Below the pieces are notes generated by a model. That model was not told the origin of the DNA, searched no databases, and worked only from the letters and a program-made list of their open reading frames with translations. From an uncultured Sphingomonas sp. (lineage in GTDB: Bacteria > Pseudomonadota > Alphaproteobacteria > Sphingomonadales > Sphingomonadaceae), in contig CAZJXG010000002.1 in the NCBI GenBank assembly GCA_964549965.1, forward strand, positions 1,027 to 65,026: a DNA stretch of 64,000 nt, read 5' to 3'. A program made the position numbers and the translations under genes. Position 1 is the first letter of the stretch. Each line of letters starts with the position of its first letter. Of the stretch, positions 29,674-39,996 are shown one piece after another.

Positions 29674-30140
29674 GCGATATCGTCATCACCGAAGCAGGCA
29701 TCTCCGCTATTGATCGGGTCATGGAGGTCATGAACGCCGCCTTCGATCCCGGCTATGGCGAAGCGTGGAACGAGGTCCAGACCATGTCGATGCTCGCCAT
29801 GCCGGGCGTATGGCTGTCGCTGGCCTGGATCGGTGAGCGGCCGGCCGGCTTTGCCCTCAATCGCCAGATCCTCGACGAGGCCGAGCTACTCCTGCTCGCG
29901 GTGTCGCCCGAACACCGCCGCCAGGGCGTGGCGATGGCGCTGATCGATCGCAGTCGCGCCATATTGCGGCAGCGTAACGGCAATCGTCTGCATCTTGAAG
30001 TTCGACACAATAATCCTGCTAACGAACTATATAAAAGGGCAGGATTCGTACAGATTGGCCGCAGGCCCGGTTACTATCACGGCGCTAATGGACAAATTCA
30101 CGATGCACTAACCTTATCCTGTACATTGTCGCAGGCTTAA
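29670..30140 (+). CDS. rimI: ribosomal-protein-alanine N-acetyltransferase (GNAT)
   Basis: GNAT motif RRQGVA. Overlaps tsaB by 4 nt. The last ~55 codons are unusually AT-rich. Confidence 0.8.
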   Translation: MSDIVITEAGISAIDRVMEVMNAAFDPGYGEAWNEVQTMSMLAMPGVWLSLAWIGERPAGFALNRQILDEAELLLLAVSPEHRRQGVAMALIDRSRAILRQRNGNRLHLEVRHNNPANELYKRAGFVQIGRRPGYYHGANGQIHDALTLSCTLSQA

Positions 30141-30264
30141 CGTGTATTTTCATTCTGAATCACGTTGCAATAACAAAAAAATGGGGGCAGAGCGCCAGGA
30201 TTGAATGCGCCTGCAATGCATTTCACGGTTTATTCTACCGCTATCAGTGAATAAGGGACCCCTC

Positions 30265-30678
30265 ATGTCGGACAATAACGGCCTTACCGAAACCTTGATT
30301 GCTTTGACCGCGGACATCGTTTCCGCGCATGTCAGCAACAACAGTGTCGCGGTTTCGGATCTGCCGCTGCTCATCCAGAACGTGCACAATGCACTCGCGT
30401 CGCTGGGCGATGAACTGGTCGAGCCGGAGGTGAAGCAGGAGCCCGCCGTATCGATCCGCGCCTCGATCAAGCCGGATTATATCGTCTGCCTCGAGGACGG
30501 TAAGAAGCTGAAGATGCTCAAGCGCCATCTGATGACCCATTATCAGATGACCCCCGAGCAGTATCGCGCCAAGTGGAACCTGCCCGCCGACTATCCGATG
30601 GTCGCGCCCAACTATGCCGAGCAGCGGCGTTCGCTCGCCAAGAAGATCGGTCTCGGCACCAAGCGCCGCACCCGCTGA
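30265..30678 (+). CDS. mucR: Ros/MucR family zinc-finger transcriptional regulator
   Basis: IVCLEDGKKLKMLKRHLMTHYQMTPEQYRAKWNLPADYPMVAPNY is the canonical Ros/MucR core. Confidence 0.9.
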   Translation: MSDNNGLTETLIALTADIVSAHVSNNSVAVSDLPLLIQNVHNALASLGDELVEPEVKQEPAVSIRASIKPDYIVCLEDGKKLKMLKRHLMTHYQMTPEQYRAKWNLPADYPMVAPNYAEQRRSLAKKIGLGTKRRTR

Positions 30679-30778
30679 TCGAAAAATTGCGCGGGGAGTC
30701 GAGAAATCTGCTCCCCTGACGCATTTGAAGCATAGCGCGACCTTGTATTCGCAGTTGCGATACGGCTAACAAGGCTTC

Positions 30779-31201
30779 ATGGCCGGCAAGATCGACATCG
30801 AGCAACTCTGCGCTGACAAGGGGCTGCGGATCACGGAGCAGAGGCGGGTCATCGCCCGCGTTCTGTCCGATGCCGTCGACCATCCGGATGTCGAGCTTCT
30901 CCACCAGCGCGCCGCGGCCATCGATCCGGGCATCTCGATCGCCACCGTCTATCGGACGGTGCGGCTGTTCGAGGATGCGGGCATTCTCGAACGCCATGAT
31001 TTCGGGGACGGCCGCGCCCGGTACGAGGCGGCGCCCGAAACCCATCACGATCATCTCATCAATGTCGAGACCGGCGAAGTGATCGAGTTCGTCGACCGTG
31101 ATCTTGAAGAATTGCAGCGCCGCATCGCCGAGAAGCTGGGCTTCCGGCTCGTCGACCACCGGCTCGAACTGTACGGCGTCTCGGCCCACCGTCCGAAATA
31201 G
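30779..31201 (+). CDS. fur: Fur family transcriptional regulator
   Basis: 140 aa with RITEQRRVI and SIATVYRTVRLFEDAGIL (winged HTH) and an HHDHLI metal site. Confidence 0.8.
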   Translation: MAGKIDIEQLCADKGLRITEQRRVIARVLSDAVDHPDVELLHQRAAAIDPGISIATVYRTVRLFEDAGILERHDFGDGRARYEAAPETHHDHLINVETGEVIEFVDRDLEELQRRIAEKLGFRLVDHRLELYGVSAHRPK

Positions 31202-31207
31202 GCTGCG

Positions 31208-31924
31208 GTGACGCGATACCGGATGATCGGGCGGCTAAGCTTCGCGCTATTCGTCCTCGCTTTCTGCCTGACCGGCCATGTTCTCACCTGGCCCGTACGC
31301 AGGCGCATCGGCTGGCCGCGATTCTTCCTGCAATGGTTCGGCGAATCGCTGGGCCTCGATGTCAGGATCGAGGGCGAACCGATCGGCCGCGACGTTCTTT
31401 ATGTCGCCAATCACGTGACCTGGCTGGACATTCTCGCGCTGGGCGGCGCCACGCCTACCTTCTTCATATCGAAGGATGACGTCAGTGCCTGGCCGCTCGT
31501 AGGCATGCTTGCGCGCATCGGCGGCACGATCTTCATCGATCGCGAGAGCCGCCGCGCCGCGCGCGGTCAGGTCGACCAGCTCGGGCAGGCCCTGCTGTCC
31601 CGCCATCCGATCACCCTGTTCCCGGAAGGAACGACGGGCGATGGCATCACGCTCTTTCCCTTCCGCCCCGCCCTGTTCGCCTCGGTTGCACCGCCGCCAC
31701 CTGGCATCGTCGTCCAGCCGGTGGCGATCGACTATGGTCCGGCCGCAGCCGAAATCGCATGGACGGGGGATGACGCGCTCGGCCCCAATGCCCGCCATGT
31801 GCTCGGCCGGGCTGGCCGGCTTGCCTGCGTCATCCGCTTCCTTCCGCCGCTCGCGCCATCCGACGACCGCAAGCGGATCGCCGCCGAGGCGCAGGCGTCC
31901 ATCACGGCGGCGCTCGGCCTCTAG
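31208..31924 (+). CDS. lysophospholipid (1-acyl-sn-glycerol-3-phosphate) acyltransferase family protein
   Basis: HxxxxD motif (NHVTWLD) and FPEGTT motif. Confidence 0.8.
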   Translation: MTRYRMIGRLSFALFVLAFCLTGHVLTWPVRRRIGWPRFFLQWFGESLGLDVRIEGEPIGRDVLYVANHVTWLDILALGGATPTFFISKDDVSAWPLVGMLARIGGTIFIDRESRRAARGQVDQLGQALLSRHPITLFPEGTTGDGITLFPFRPALFASVAPPPPGIVVQPVAIDYGPAAAEIAWTGDDALGPNARHVLGRAGRLACVIRFLPPLAPSDDRKRIAAEAQASITAALGL

Positions 31925-31987
31925 CGGCGTTCGGGCCAGCGGCGGCGAGCCTTTTTATTTGCCGCCTCTTGGCCTATAGGCGCCGCG

Positions 31988-33328
31988 ATGTCGCGCCCCA
32001 CGCCCAAGAGCTTCCACGTCAAGTCGTTCGGCTGCCAGATGAACGCTTATGACGGCACGCGCATGGCCGAACTGCTCGAGGCCGAAGGCATGACGGCGGC
32101 GGACAGCGCCGACGACGCAGAACTGATCGTCCTCAACACCTGCCACATCCGCGAGAAGGCGGCCGAGAAGGTCTATTCGGACATCGGCCGGATCGTGAAG
32201 AAGGCGCGGGGCGGCCAGCAGCCGATGATCGCGGTCGCAGGCTGCGTCGCGCAGGCCGAGGGCGCCGAGATTCCACGTCGCGCGCCCGCCGTCGACATCG
32301 TCGTCGGCCCGCAGGCCTATCACAACCTGGCCCGACTGGTCGCAGACGCGGCCGAGGGGCGGCGCGCGCTCGACACGGACATGCCGGCCGCGTCTAAATT
32401 CGATGCGCTGCCAAAAAGGCGCCGGCAGGGGCCGACAGCCTTCCTGACCGTGCAGGAAGGGTGCGACAAATTCTGCACCTATTGCGTGGTGCCTTATACC
32501 CGTGGCGCCGAGATCTCGCGGCCGTGGGGGGCGATCATCGACGAGGCGAAGGCACTGGTCGATGCCGGCACGCGCGAGATCACCCTGCTCGGCCAGAACG
32601 TCAACGCATGGACCGGAGAGGACGACAAGGGCCGGCTACAGGGCCTCGACGGCCTGATCCGCGTGCTCGATGGGCTGCACGGCCTGGCCCGCATCCGCTA
32701 CACGACCAGCCACCCCAATGACATGAGCGACGGCCTGATCGCCGCCCATGGCGCCGTGGCGAAGCTGATGCCCTTTCTCCACCTGCCGGTGCAGGCGGGG
32801 TCGGACCGCATCCTGAAGGCGATGAACCGAAGCCATGACGTCGCGAGCTATCTGCGGCTGATCGAGCGGGTGCGCGCGGCCCGGCCCGACATCGCGATTT
32901 CGGGCGACTTCATCGTCGGCTTCCCCGGCGAGACCGAGGCCGAGTTCGAGGAAACCCTGGCCGTCGTCCGCGCGGTGAACCACGCCCAGGCATTCAGCTT
33001 CAAATACAGCCCTCGCGCAGGCACCCCCGCCGCGACGATGGAGGGTCAGATCGCGGCCGATGTGATGGACGATCGCCTTCAACGGCTCCAGGCGCTGCTC
33101 AACGAGCAGCAGCATGGCTTCAACCTCGCCACGGTCGGCACGCGCTGCGAGGTGCTGATCGAGCGTGACGGCAAGCGGCCCGGCCAGCGGATCGGCAAGT
33201 CTCCCTGGCTCCAGTCGGTGATCGTCGAGGACGGCCCGGCGATCGGCGAACTGGTGACGACGGACATCGTAGCGGCGGGGCCGAACAGCATGACGGGGGC
33301 GATCGTGGCGGGGCAGAGGGCGGCCTGA
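31988..33328 (+). CDS. miaB: tRNA-2-methylthio-N6-dimethylallyladenosine synthase
   Basis: UPF0004 N-terminal domain (FGCQMNAYD), radical-SAM CDKFCTYC, and a TRAM C-terminus. Confidence 0.95.
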   Translation: MSRPTPKSFHVKSFGCQMNAYDGTRMAELLEAEGMTAADSADDAELIVLNTCHIREKAAEKVYSDIGRIVKKARGGQQPMIAVAGCVAQAEGAEIPRRAPAVDIVVGPQAYHNLARLVADAAEGRRALDTDMPAASKFDALPKRRRQGPTAFLTVQEGCDKFCTYCVVPYTRGAEISRPWGAIIDEAKALVDAGTREITLLGQNVNAWTGEDDKGRLQGLDGLIRVLDGLHGLARIRYTTSHPNDMSDGLIAAHGAVAKLMPFLHLPVQAGSDRILKAMNRSHDVASYLRLIERVRAARPDIAISGDFIVGFPGETEAEFEETLAVVRAVNHAQAFSFKYSPRAGTPAATMEGQIAADVMDDRLQRLQALLNEQQHGFNLATVGTRCEVLIERDGKRPGQRIGKSPWLQSVIVEDGPAIGELVTTDIVAAGPNSMTGAIVAGQRAA

Positions 33329-33518
33329 TCGTCTCTCCGGGCCGCTGCCCCCTGCCCGGCAGGAGAAGCAGGCACCGTCACCCAATAGACACATCCCCGG
33401 TGGATAACTCCTCCATCGCGCCGCTTTCCCCCTTCGCATGGGTCCAAATGCGCGTAGGATCGTTGTCATCGGATGACCATCATCCGGGTCGAACATAGAA
33501 AGGAAGCTGCCGCTCCTT

Positions 33519-34517
33519 ATGTCGCGCAAGCCAGTTCCCGCGCAGGCCGGAGATCGCGCCCGGCTAGAGATCGTCTTCGACAGACCCCAGCTTCTCGGCC
33601 GATTATTCGGCGAGTTCGATCAGAATCTGGTAGCGATCGAGAACCGGCTGGGGGTCTATATCGCGGCGCGAGGCAACAAGCTCCAGATCGAAGGCGAAGC
33701 GGAAGCCGCGGGCCGTGCCCGTGAGGTGCTGACCGGCCTCTACAACCGGATCGTCCAGGGGCAGGATCTCGACAGCGGCGCGGTCGAGGCGGTGATCGCC
33801 ATGTCGGCTGAGCCGACCCTCGACGGCATCATCCGCAACGACGTGTCAGATCCGCCCAAGGTGATGATCCGCACGCGCAAGAAGACGATCGTCCCGCGAT
33901 CGGCCACCCAGATCCGCTATATGGAGGCGCTCAACCGCTCCGACATCATCTTCGCGCTTGGGCCGGCGGGGACGGGCAAAACCTATCTGGCGGTCGCGCA
34001 AGCGGTCCAGCAGCTCATCCAGGGCACCGTCGACCGGCTGATCCTGTCGCGCCCCGCGGTTGAGGCGGGCGAGCGGCTGGGCTTCCTACCCGGTGACATG
34101 AAGGAGAAGGTCGATCCTTATCTCCGCCCGCTCTATGACGCGCTCTACGACATGCTGCCAACCGAACAGGTCGAACGGCGCATCGCGAGCGGCGAGATCG
34201 AGATCGCGCCTATCGCCTTCATGCGCGGCCGCACCCTGGGCGACGCCTTCGTCATCCTCGACGAAGCGCAGAACACGACACCGGCGCAGATGAAGATGTT
34301 CCTGACCCGCTTCGGCCAGAACAGCCGGATGGTGGTATGCGGCGATCCCCGCCAGATCGATTTGCCCGACATCGGCAAGTCGGGGCTGGCCGACGCGGTC
34401 ACCAAGCTGGAGGGCATCGAGGGTATCGCCACGGTCCGCTTCGGCGCCGCCGATGTCGTCCGCCACCCGATCGTCGGCCGCATCGTCCAGGCCTACGAAG
34501 GGCCCGACGATGCGTGA
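33519..34517 (+). CDS. PhoH family ATPase (YbeZ-like)
   Basis: Walker A GPAGTGKT and ILDEAQN. Part of the conserved phoH-ybeY-corC arrangement. Confidence 0.9.
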   Translation: MSRKPVPAQAGDRARLEIVFDRPQLLGRLFGEFDQNLVAIENRLGVYIAARGNKLQIEGEAEAAGRAREVLTGLYNRIVQGQDLDSGAVEAVIAMSAEPTLDGIIRNDVSDPPKVMIRTRKKTIVPRSATQIRYMEALNRSDIIFALGPAGTGKTYLAVAQAVQQLIQGTVDRLILSRPAVEAGERLGFLPGDMKEKVDPYLRPLYDALYDMLPTEQVERRIASGEIEIAPIAFMRGRTLGDAFVILDEAQNTTPAQMKMFLTRFGQNSRMVVCGDPRQIDLPDIGKSGLADAVTKLEGIEGIATVRFGAADVVRHPIVGRIVQAYEGPDDA

Positions 34518-34521
34518 GTTC

Positions 34522-34542
34522 GGGTTCAGCATAGCTGAACCC
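34522..34542. repeat. perfect 9-bp stem hairpin between phoH and ybeY
   Basis: GGGTTCAGC-ata-GCTGAACCC. It shares the 9-mer GTTCAGCAT with the composite repeat units near metH. Confidence 0.6.
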
Positions 34543-34568
34543 TTGCGACACCGCCTTCCCGAAGGACA

Positions 34569-35084
34569 ATGCGCGTGATCGAGATCGCCGTTCAGAATGA
34601 ACCGGGCTGGGATGACGGCACGGACTGGGAAGCCCTTGCGACGGAGGCCGTAACCGCCGCGCTTCGGACGACGCCCTATGCAGAGATCCTGACCGCCAGC
34701 TACATGGCCGAAATCTCGGTCCGGCTAACCGACGACCATGAGGTGCAGTCGCTCAACCGCCAGTATCGCCAGAAGGACAAGCCAACCAATGTGCTGAGCT
34801 TTCCCATGGTGCAGGATGATCTGCTCGAGCTTCTCGACAACAGCGACGATGGGGAAGTGCTGCTCGGCGACATCATCCTCGCGCGCGTCGTGTGCGAGCG
34901 CGAGGCTGCCGAAAAGGGCGTGGCCACGCAGGAGCATGCGACCCACCTGATCGTCCACGGTACGCTGCACCTTGTCGGCTATGATCATATCGCCGACGAT
35001 GAGGCCGAGGCGATGGAGGATCTGGAGCGCACTGCGCTGGGCAAACTCGGCATTGCCGACCCCTATGTGATTACCGAAAGTTGA
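34569..35084 (+). CDS. ybeY: rRNA maturation RNase YbeY
   Basis: HGTLHLVGYDH zinc motif. Confidence 0.9.
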   Translation: MRVIEIAVQNEPGWDDGTDWEALATEAVTAALRTTPYAEILTASYMAEISVRLTDDHEVQSLNRQYRQKDKPTNVLSFPMVQDDLLELLDNSDDGEVLLGDIILARVVCEREAAEKGVATQEHATHLIVHGTLHLVGYDHIADDEAEAMEDLERTALGKLGIADPYVITES

Positions 35085-35202
35085 GCACGGAATTCGACGC
35101 CGATATATTCGTCATCGAGCCAGCTTGATCGAGAAGTTGATTGCCCGCTGCCCATGAAATCGGATAGCGATCCGGCAAACAGGGAACGATACCAGAAAGA
35201 CG

Positions 35203-36099
35203 ATGCCCGACGACAGTAGTAGCAGCGCCGCGGACGGCGGCGGACGATGGTGGCGCGGGCTGCGCGCATTATTTGCGCCCGAGCAGGAGCCCAGCCTGCG
35301 CGACCAGATCGAGGAAGCGATCGAAGAGCATGACGCCGAGGCCGGTGAGGAGGACGACCTCTCCACCGCCGAGCGCGAGATGCTCCGCAATATCCTCCAC
35401 TTCGGCGAGCGCAATGTCGGCGACATCGGCGTACCGCGCGGCGACATCATCGCGGTGCCAGAGACGATCGGCTTCGACGATCTGGTCGCGCGCTTCGCCG
35501 AGGCGGAGCATAGCCGCCTGCCGGTCTATGGCGAGGATCTCGACCATGTCGTCGGCATGGTCCATGTGAAGGACGTGTTCCGGATCATCGCGACGGGCGC
35601 GCCCAAGCCCGACACGATCACCCCCCTCATCCGCCAGCCGCGCTATGTCCCATCGTCGATGCGGATCATCGATCTGCTCGCCGAGATGCGCGAGACGCGT
35701 ACCCATCTGGCGATCGTGCTCAACGAATATAGCGGCACGGATGGCCTGGTGACGATCGAGGATCTGGTCGAGGAGATCGTCGGCGACATCGAGGACGAGC
35801 ATGACGAAGAGGAGGAAGACCTGCTCATCCCGCTCGGCGATGCCATCTGGTCCGCCGATGGCCGGGCCGAACTCGAGGACGTCGCCCGCCTGATCGACCC
35901 GCGCCTCGCCGATATCGATGATGATGTCGAGACGCTGGGCGGCCTCGCCTCGTCGCTGGCGGGTCATGTTCCACAGCCGGGCCAGATCCTGGAGCATCCC
36001 TGCGGCTGGCGGCTCGAAATCGTCGATGCCGATGAGCGTCGGGTCAAGAAGCTGCTGCTCCATCCGCCCGTCGCGGCGGAGCGCCGTATAGAAGAATAG
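35203..36099 (+). CDS. HlyC/CorC family transporter-associated protein (CBS pair + CorC_HlyC domain)
   Basis: Tandem CBS domains and a C-terminal transporter-associated domain, with an acidic N-terminus. Confidence 0.85.
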   Translation: MPDDSSSSAADGGGRWWRGLRALFAPEQEPSLRDQIEEAIEEHDAEAGEEDDLSTAEREMLRNILHFGERNVGDIGVPRGDIIAVPETIGFDDLVARFAEAEHSRLPVYGEDLDHVVGMVHVKDVFRIIATGAPKPDTITPLIRQPRYVPSSMRIIDLLAEMRETRTHLAIVLNEYSGTDGLVTIEDLVEEIVGDIEDEHDEEEEDLLIPLGDAIWSADGRAELEDVARLIDPRLADIDDDVETLGGLASSLAGHVPQPGQILEHPCGWRLEIVDADERRVKKLLLHPPVAAERRIEE

Positions 36100-36124
36100 C
36101 ACTGGCAGGCGACGATTTTGCTCT

Positions 36125-37507
36125 ATGCGCGTTGTCGCCCCGGAACGAAATGTGGAGAGTATCGTGACGACCAGGAAGAAGCTGTTCATCGCCCTCCCCA
36201 TCCTGATCCTCATCGGGGCACTGGTGGCGGTCTATGTCCTCGCCACGAGCGAGCAGGCCAAGCTGCCCTTCGCCAAGACGGTCGGCGCCCGTCCGGAACT
36301 GAGCGAACCCAATGAGACGCTGATTCCGACGGTCAACATCGCCAGGGCAGTGGGTTGGAAAGCCGGCGAAAAGCCTGTCGCCGCCGCCGGCCTGTCGGTC
36401 GCGACCTTCGCCGAGGGGCTGGAGCATCCGCGCTGGATCTACGTCCTGCCCAATGGCGACGTTCTCGTCAGTGAGAGCAATTCCCCGCCACGCACGGCGG
36501 ACAATGGCGGCGGCGGAATCACCGGCTTCGTCATGAAAAAGATGATGGCGCGGGCGGGTGCGGGCGTCCCCTCCCCCAACCGGATCATCCTGCTGCGCGA
36601 TGCCGATGGCGACGGCAGGGCCGAACTGAAAACGGTGCTGATCGCGGGCCTCAATTCGCCGAGCGGCATGGCCTGGACCGATGGCCAGCTCTATATCGGC
36701 AACACCGACGCGCTCGTCCGCGTCCCCTTCAGCCTCGGCCAGACGAAGATCGACGCTCGCCCCGTGGTCGTCGCCAAGCTGCCCGGCGGCTATAATCACT
36801 GGGCGCGCAATCTGCTGCTCGCACCCGACGGAAAATCGATCTACGTCGCAGTCGGATCGGCCTCGAATATCGGTGAGCTCGGTATGGACCTCGAGAAGAA
36901 TCGAAACGCGATTCTCCAGATCCAGCTCCCCTCCGGCCAGGATCGCATCTTCGCTTATGGCCTGCGCAACCCGAACGGCATGGCGTTCGAGCCGACCACG
37001 GGCGACCTGTGGACCGTCGTCAATGAGCGCGACATGATCGGTTCGGACATGGTGCCGGATTATCTGACCGAGGTGCAGCTCGGCGGCTTCTATGGCTGGC
37101 CCTGGTATTATTGGGGCGGCGTGATCGACAAGCGCGTGCCCGAGCCCGACAACGATCTCCAGTCCTATGTCATCCGTCCCGATTACGCGCTGGGGCCGCA
37201 TGTCGCGGCGCTGGGCCTGACCTTCACGCAGGGCGCCATCCTCGGCCCAGCCTATGCTAGCGGCGCCTTCATCGCCGAGCATGGCTCATGGAATCGCCGC
37301 CCCTTGTCCGGCTACAAGGTGGTGTTCGTCCCCTTCGCCCAGGGCAAGCCGATGGGCAAGCCGCGCGACGTGCTGACCGGTTTCCTGTCCACCGACGAGA
37401 AGGCGCGGGGCCGCCCGGTCGCCGTGGCGGTCGGCAAGCGCGGCGGGTTGCTTGTCACCGACGATGTCGGCGGCAAGGTCTGGCGGGTGACGGCGGCGGC
37501 AAGGTAA
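36125..37507 (+). CDS. PQQ-dependent sugar (sorbosone/glucose) dehydrogenase family protein
   Basis: N-terminal transmembrane anchor. Beta-propeller sequence with GLEHPRW, GLRNPNGMAF and GWPWYY. Confidence 0.75.
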   Translation: MRVVAPERNVESIVTTRKKLFIALPILILIGALVAVYVLATSEQAKLPFAKTVGARPELSEPNETLIPTVNIARAVGWKAGEKPVAAAGLSVATFAEGLEHPRWIYVLPNGDVLVSESNSPPRTADNGGGGITGFVMKKMMARAGAGVPSPNRIILLRDADGDGRAELKTVLIAGLNSPSGMAWTDGQLYIGNTDALVRVPFSLGQTKIDARPVVVAKLPGGYNHWARNLLLAPDGKSIYVAVGSASNIGELGMDLEKNRNAILQIQLPSGQDRIFAYGLRNPNGMAFEPTTGDLWTVVNERDMIGSDMVPDYLTEVQLGGFYGWPWYYWGGVIDKRVPEPDNDLQSYVIRPDYALGPHVAALGLTFTQGAILGPAYASGAFIAEHGSWNRRPLSGYKVVFVPFAQGKPMGKPRDVLTGFLSTDEKARGRPVAVAVGKRGGLLVTDDVGGKVWRVTAAAR

Positions 37508-37569
37508 TATGATTGGCCTCAGGCGCCGGCACCGACATCCGTCGGCTCGCCCGGCGCTTGCGGGCTGAA

Positions 37570-38370
37570 TCAGATCAGCTGGCTGAGCTTCGACGGAGCG
37601 GGGAAGTTGTTCGCGGGACCATCGCTCGCGATCGGCGGTGCCTCGAAACGGTGCCAACCGCCGGCCGAAAGCCGTTCCAGCGGCTGGAAGCGGGTTTTGT
37701 ACTCCATCCGACCCGAGCCCTCGACCCAATAGCCGAGATAGACATAGGGCAACCCGCTCTCGACCGCGCGGCGGATATGTTCGAGGATGATATAGGTGCC
37801 CATGCCGGGCCGGGCATCGTCCTCGGTCTCGAAGAAGCTGTAGACCATCGACAGCCCGTCCGACTGGCTGTCGGTCAGGCATGCGCCGATCAGCTTGCCG
37901 GGGCGGCCACCGACCGAGGGCTCGCGATATTCGACGATATGGGTCTTGACCGGCGTCTGCTCGACCATGTCGGCGAAATCGAGTTCGTCCATCTGCGCCA
38001 TGCCGCCACCGGGGTGCCGCGCCTTCAGATAGCGCCGCAGCAGAGCGAACTGCTCCTCGGTCGTCCAGGGCTTGCAGATGCTGACCTCAAGATCTGCATG
38101 CCGCCGCATCAGCTTGCGCTGGCTGGCATTGGGCCTGAACTCGCCCGCGACGACGCGGACCGAGACGCAGGCCTGGCAATCGACGCAGGTTGGCCGATAG
38201 GCGACGCCCTGGCTGCGGCGGAAGCCGATCCGGCCCAGCGCATCGTTGAGCTCGGCGGCGTTCGGCCCCGACAATTCGGTGAAGACTTTCCGCTCGGTAC
38301 GGCCCGGCAGATAGGGGCACGGGCCAGGGGTCGTCACGAAGAAGCGCGGAAAGCGAAACTGCGCCGTCAT
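37570..38370 (-). CDS. bpt: arginyltransferase / aspartate-glutamate leucyltransferase
   Basis: CPYLPGR, CxxC (CVDCQAC) and the C-terminal ATE domain. Confidence 0.9.
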   Translation of the reverse strand: MTAQFRFPRFFVTTPGPCPYLPGRTERKVFTELSGPNAAELNDALGRIGFRRSQGVAYRPTCVDCQACVSVRVVAGEFRPNASQRKLMRRHADLEVSICKPWTTEEQFALLRRYLKARHPGGGMAQMDELDFADMVEQTPVKTHIVEYREPSVGGRPGKLIGACLTDSQSDGLSMVYSFFETEDDARPGMGTYIILEHIRRAVESGLPYVYLGYWVEGSGRMEYKTRFQPLERLSAGGWHRFEAPPIASDGPANNFPAPSKLSQLI

Positions 38371-38675
38371 GCGAAAGCCTGCCCCATCACAACACGACGC
38401 TCCATGCGCCTGGCCTGACTATGCCTACGCACGAACGTCATGAAAAGAGCATTAACCTTGATTCTTTTCAGTGGTTTCGACGGAGGTCGAAGCCTTCGAT
38501 CGCCGGGCGCAGGGCATCCGCCCTGCTTGGCTTCTCTTCGAACCTCTGAATGTCAAAATCTAGCGCCCGGCGTCGGGGCGCGCAGCGTCCCGCAAGGCCA
38601 AAGGCCGCCCGAGCTTATGCGAGGAAGCCAAGCCGGACGGATGTCCGGCGCCCGGCGTTTGAGGGCGCAAATAAA

Positions 38676-39923
38676 TTACGCCGCCTCGATCGGCGTCACG
38701 TCATAGCCCTCGCCCCGCAGCGCCTTGAGCAACCGTTCGAGATGGGCCGCATCGCGAGTCTCGCACTCGATCTCCGCGATCAGGCCCTTGGCCGGCAGGG
38801 TGGTGAACACCCGCTGATGATAGACTTCGATGATGTTGACCGACTGCTCGTCGAACACCCGCGCCACATGGAACAGCGCGCCGGGACGATCCTGCAGGCG
38901 GATGCTGAGCCGGGCAAGGCGGCCCGAGCGGGCGAGATCGCGCAACAGCACGTTCGCGAGCAGGCGCGTGTCGATATTGCCGCCGGTCAGGATCACGCCG
39001 ACATTGCGGCCACGAAACATCTTGGGATGGCTGAGCAACGCCGCGAGCCCGGTCGCCCCGGCCCCCTCGACCACCGTCTTCTCGATCTGGAGCAGCATCG
39101 ACAGGGCGGTTTCGGTATCGCGCTCGCCGACCAGAACGATATCGTCGACCATCGAGCGGACGATCCCGCTGGTGACGGTGCCCGGCTGCTTCACCGCGAT
39201 ACCCTCGGCCAGCGTATCGCCGTCGCACGGCAGCATCAGGCCCTTCATCTTGGCATACATCGACGGATAGAGTTCGGCCTGGACCCCGATCACCTGCATC
39301 GTCTTCGCGGCGGCCCGCGCGACCACGGCCGAACCGGAGATCAGCCCGCCGCCGCCGATCGGCACCACCAGCGTATCGATGTCGGGCGCGTCCTCTAGCA
39401 TCTCCAGGGCGACTGTCCCCTGCCCGGCGATGACATCGGCATCGTCGAACGGGTGGACGAAGGTCAGCCCTTCCCTGCCCTCAAGCTCACGCGCGGCCTC
39501 ATAGGCGTCGTCGAACCGCTCGCCGTTCAGGATGACGCGCGCGCCATGCCCTTCGGTCTGCTGGACCTTCACCGTCGGCGTGGGCTTCGGCATCACGATC
39601 GTCACCGGAATGCCCAGCCGCTTGCCATGATAGGCAAGCCCCTGGGCATGATTGCCGGCCGACGCCGCGATCACGCCGCGCGCCTTCTGCTCGTCGGACA
39701 GCAGCAGCAATTTGTTGAGCGCGCCACGCTCCTTATAGGCGGCGGTGAACTGAAGATTTTCGAACTTCAGCCAGACATTGGCGCCGGTAATCTCGCTGAG
39801 CGTGCGGCTCTTGAGGATCGGGGTGCGGACGATGGACTCGCCGATCCGCGCATGCGCCGCGCGGACATCGTCGATGGTGACCGGGACGCCTGCGGCGTCA
39901 ATCTGTTTGTGCACGCTAGCCAT
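38676..39923 (-). CDS. threonine ammonia-lyase (PLP-dependent, with C-terminal ACT-like domain)
   Basis: Start at MASVHKQ. Contains a FKERGA-type PLP lysine motif (AAYKERGA) and a GGGGLISG loop. Confidence 0.85.
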   Translation of the reverse strand: MASVHKQIDAAGVPVTIDDVRAAHARIGESIVRTPILKSRTLSEITGANVWLKFENLQFTAAYKERGALNKLLLLSDEQKARGVIAASAGNHAQGLAYHGKRLGIPVTIVMPKPTPTVKVQQTEGHGARVILNGERFDDAYEAARELEGREGLTFVHPFDDADVIAGQGTVALEMLEDAPDIDTLVVPIGGGGLISGSAVVARAAAKTMQVIGVQAELYPSMYAKMKGLMLPCDGDTLAEGIAVKQPGTVTSGIVRSMVDDIVLVGERDTETALSMLLQIEKTVVEGAGATGLAALLSHPKMFRGRNVGVILTGGNIDTRLLANVLLRDLARSGRLARLSIRLQDRPGALFHVARVFDEQSVNIIEVYHQRVFTTLPAKGLIAEIECETRDAAHLERLLKALRGEGYDVTPIEAA

Positions 39924-39996
39924 AGTGCGGGCGGCATAGCGGAATAGTCCGCTGAGTCCTAGCGCCACCCGAAAATCCATCTTATGCGGGGACGCT

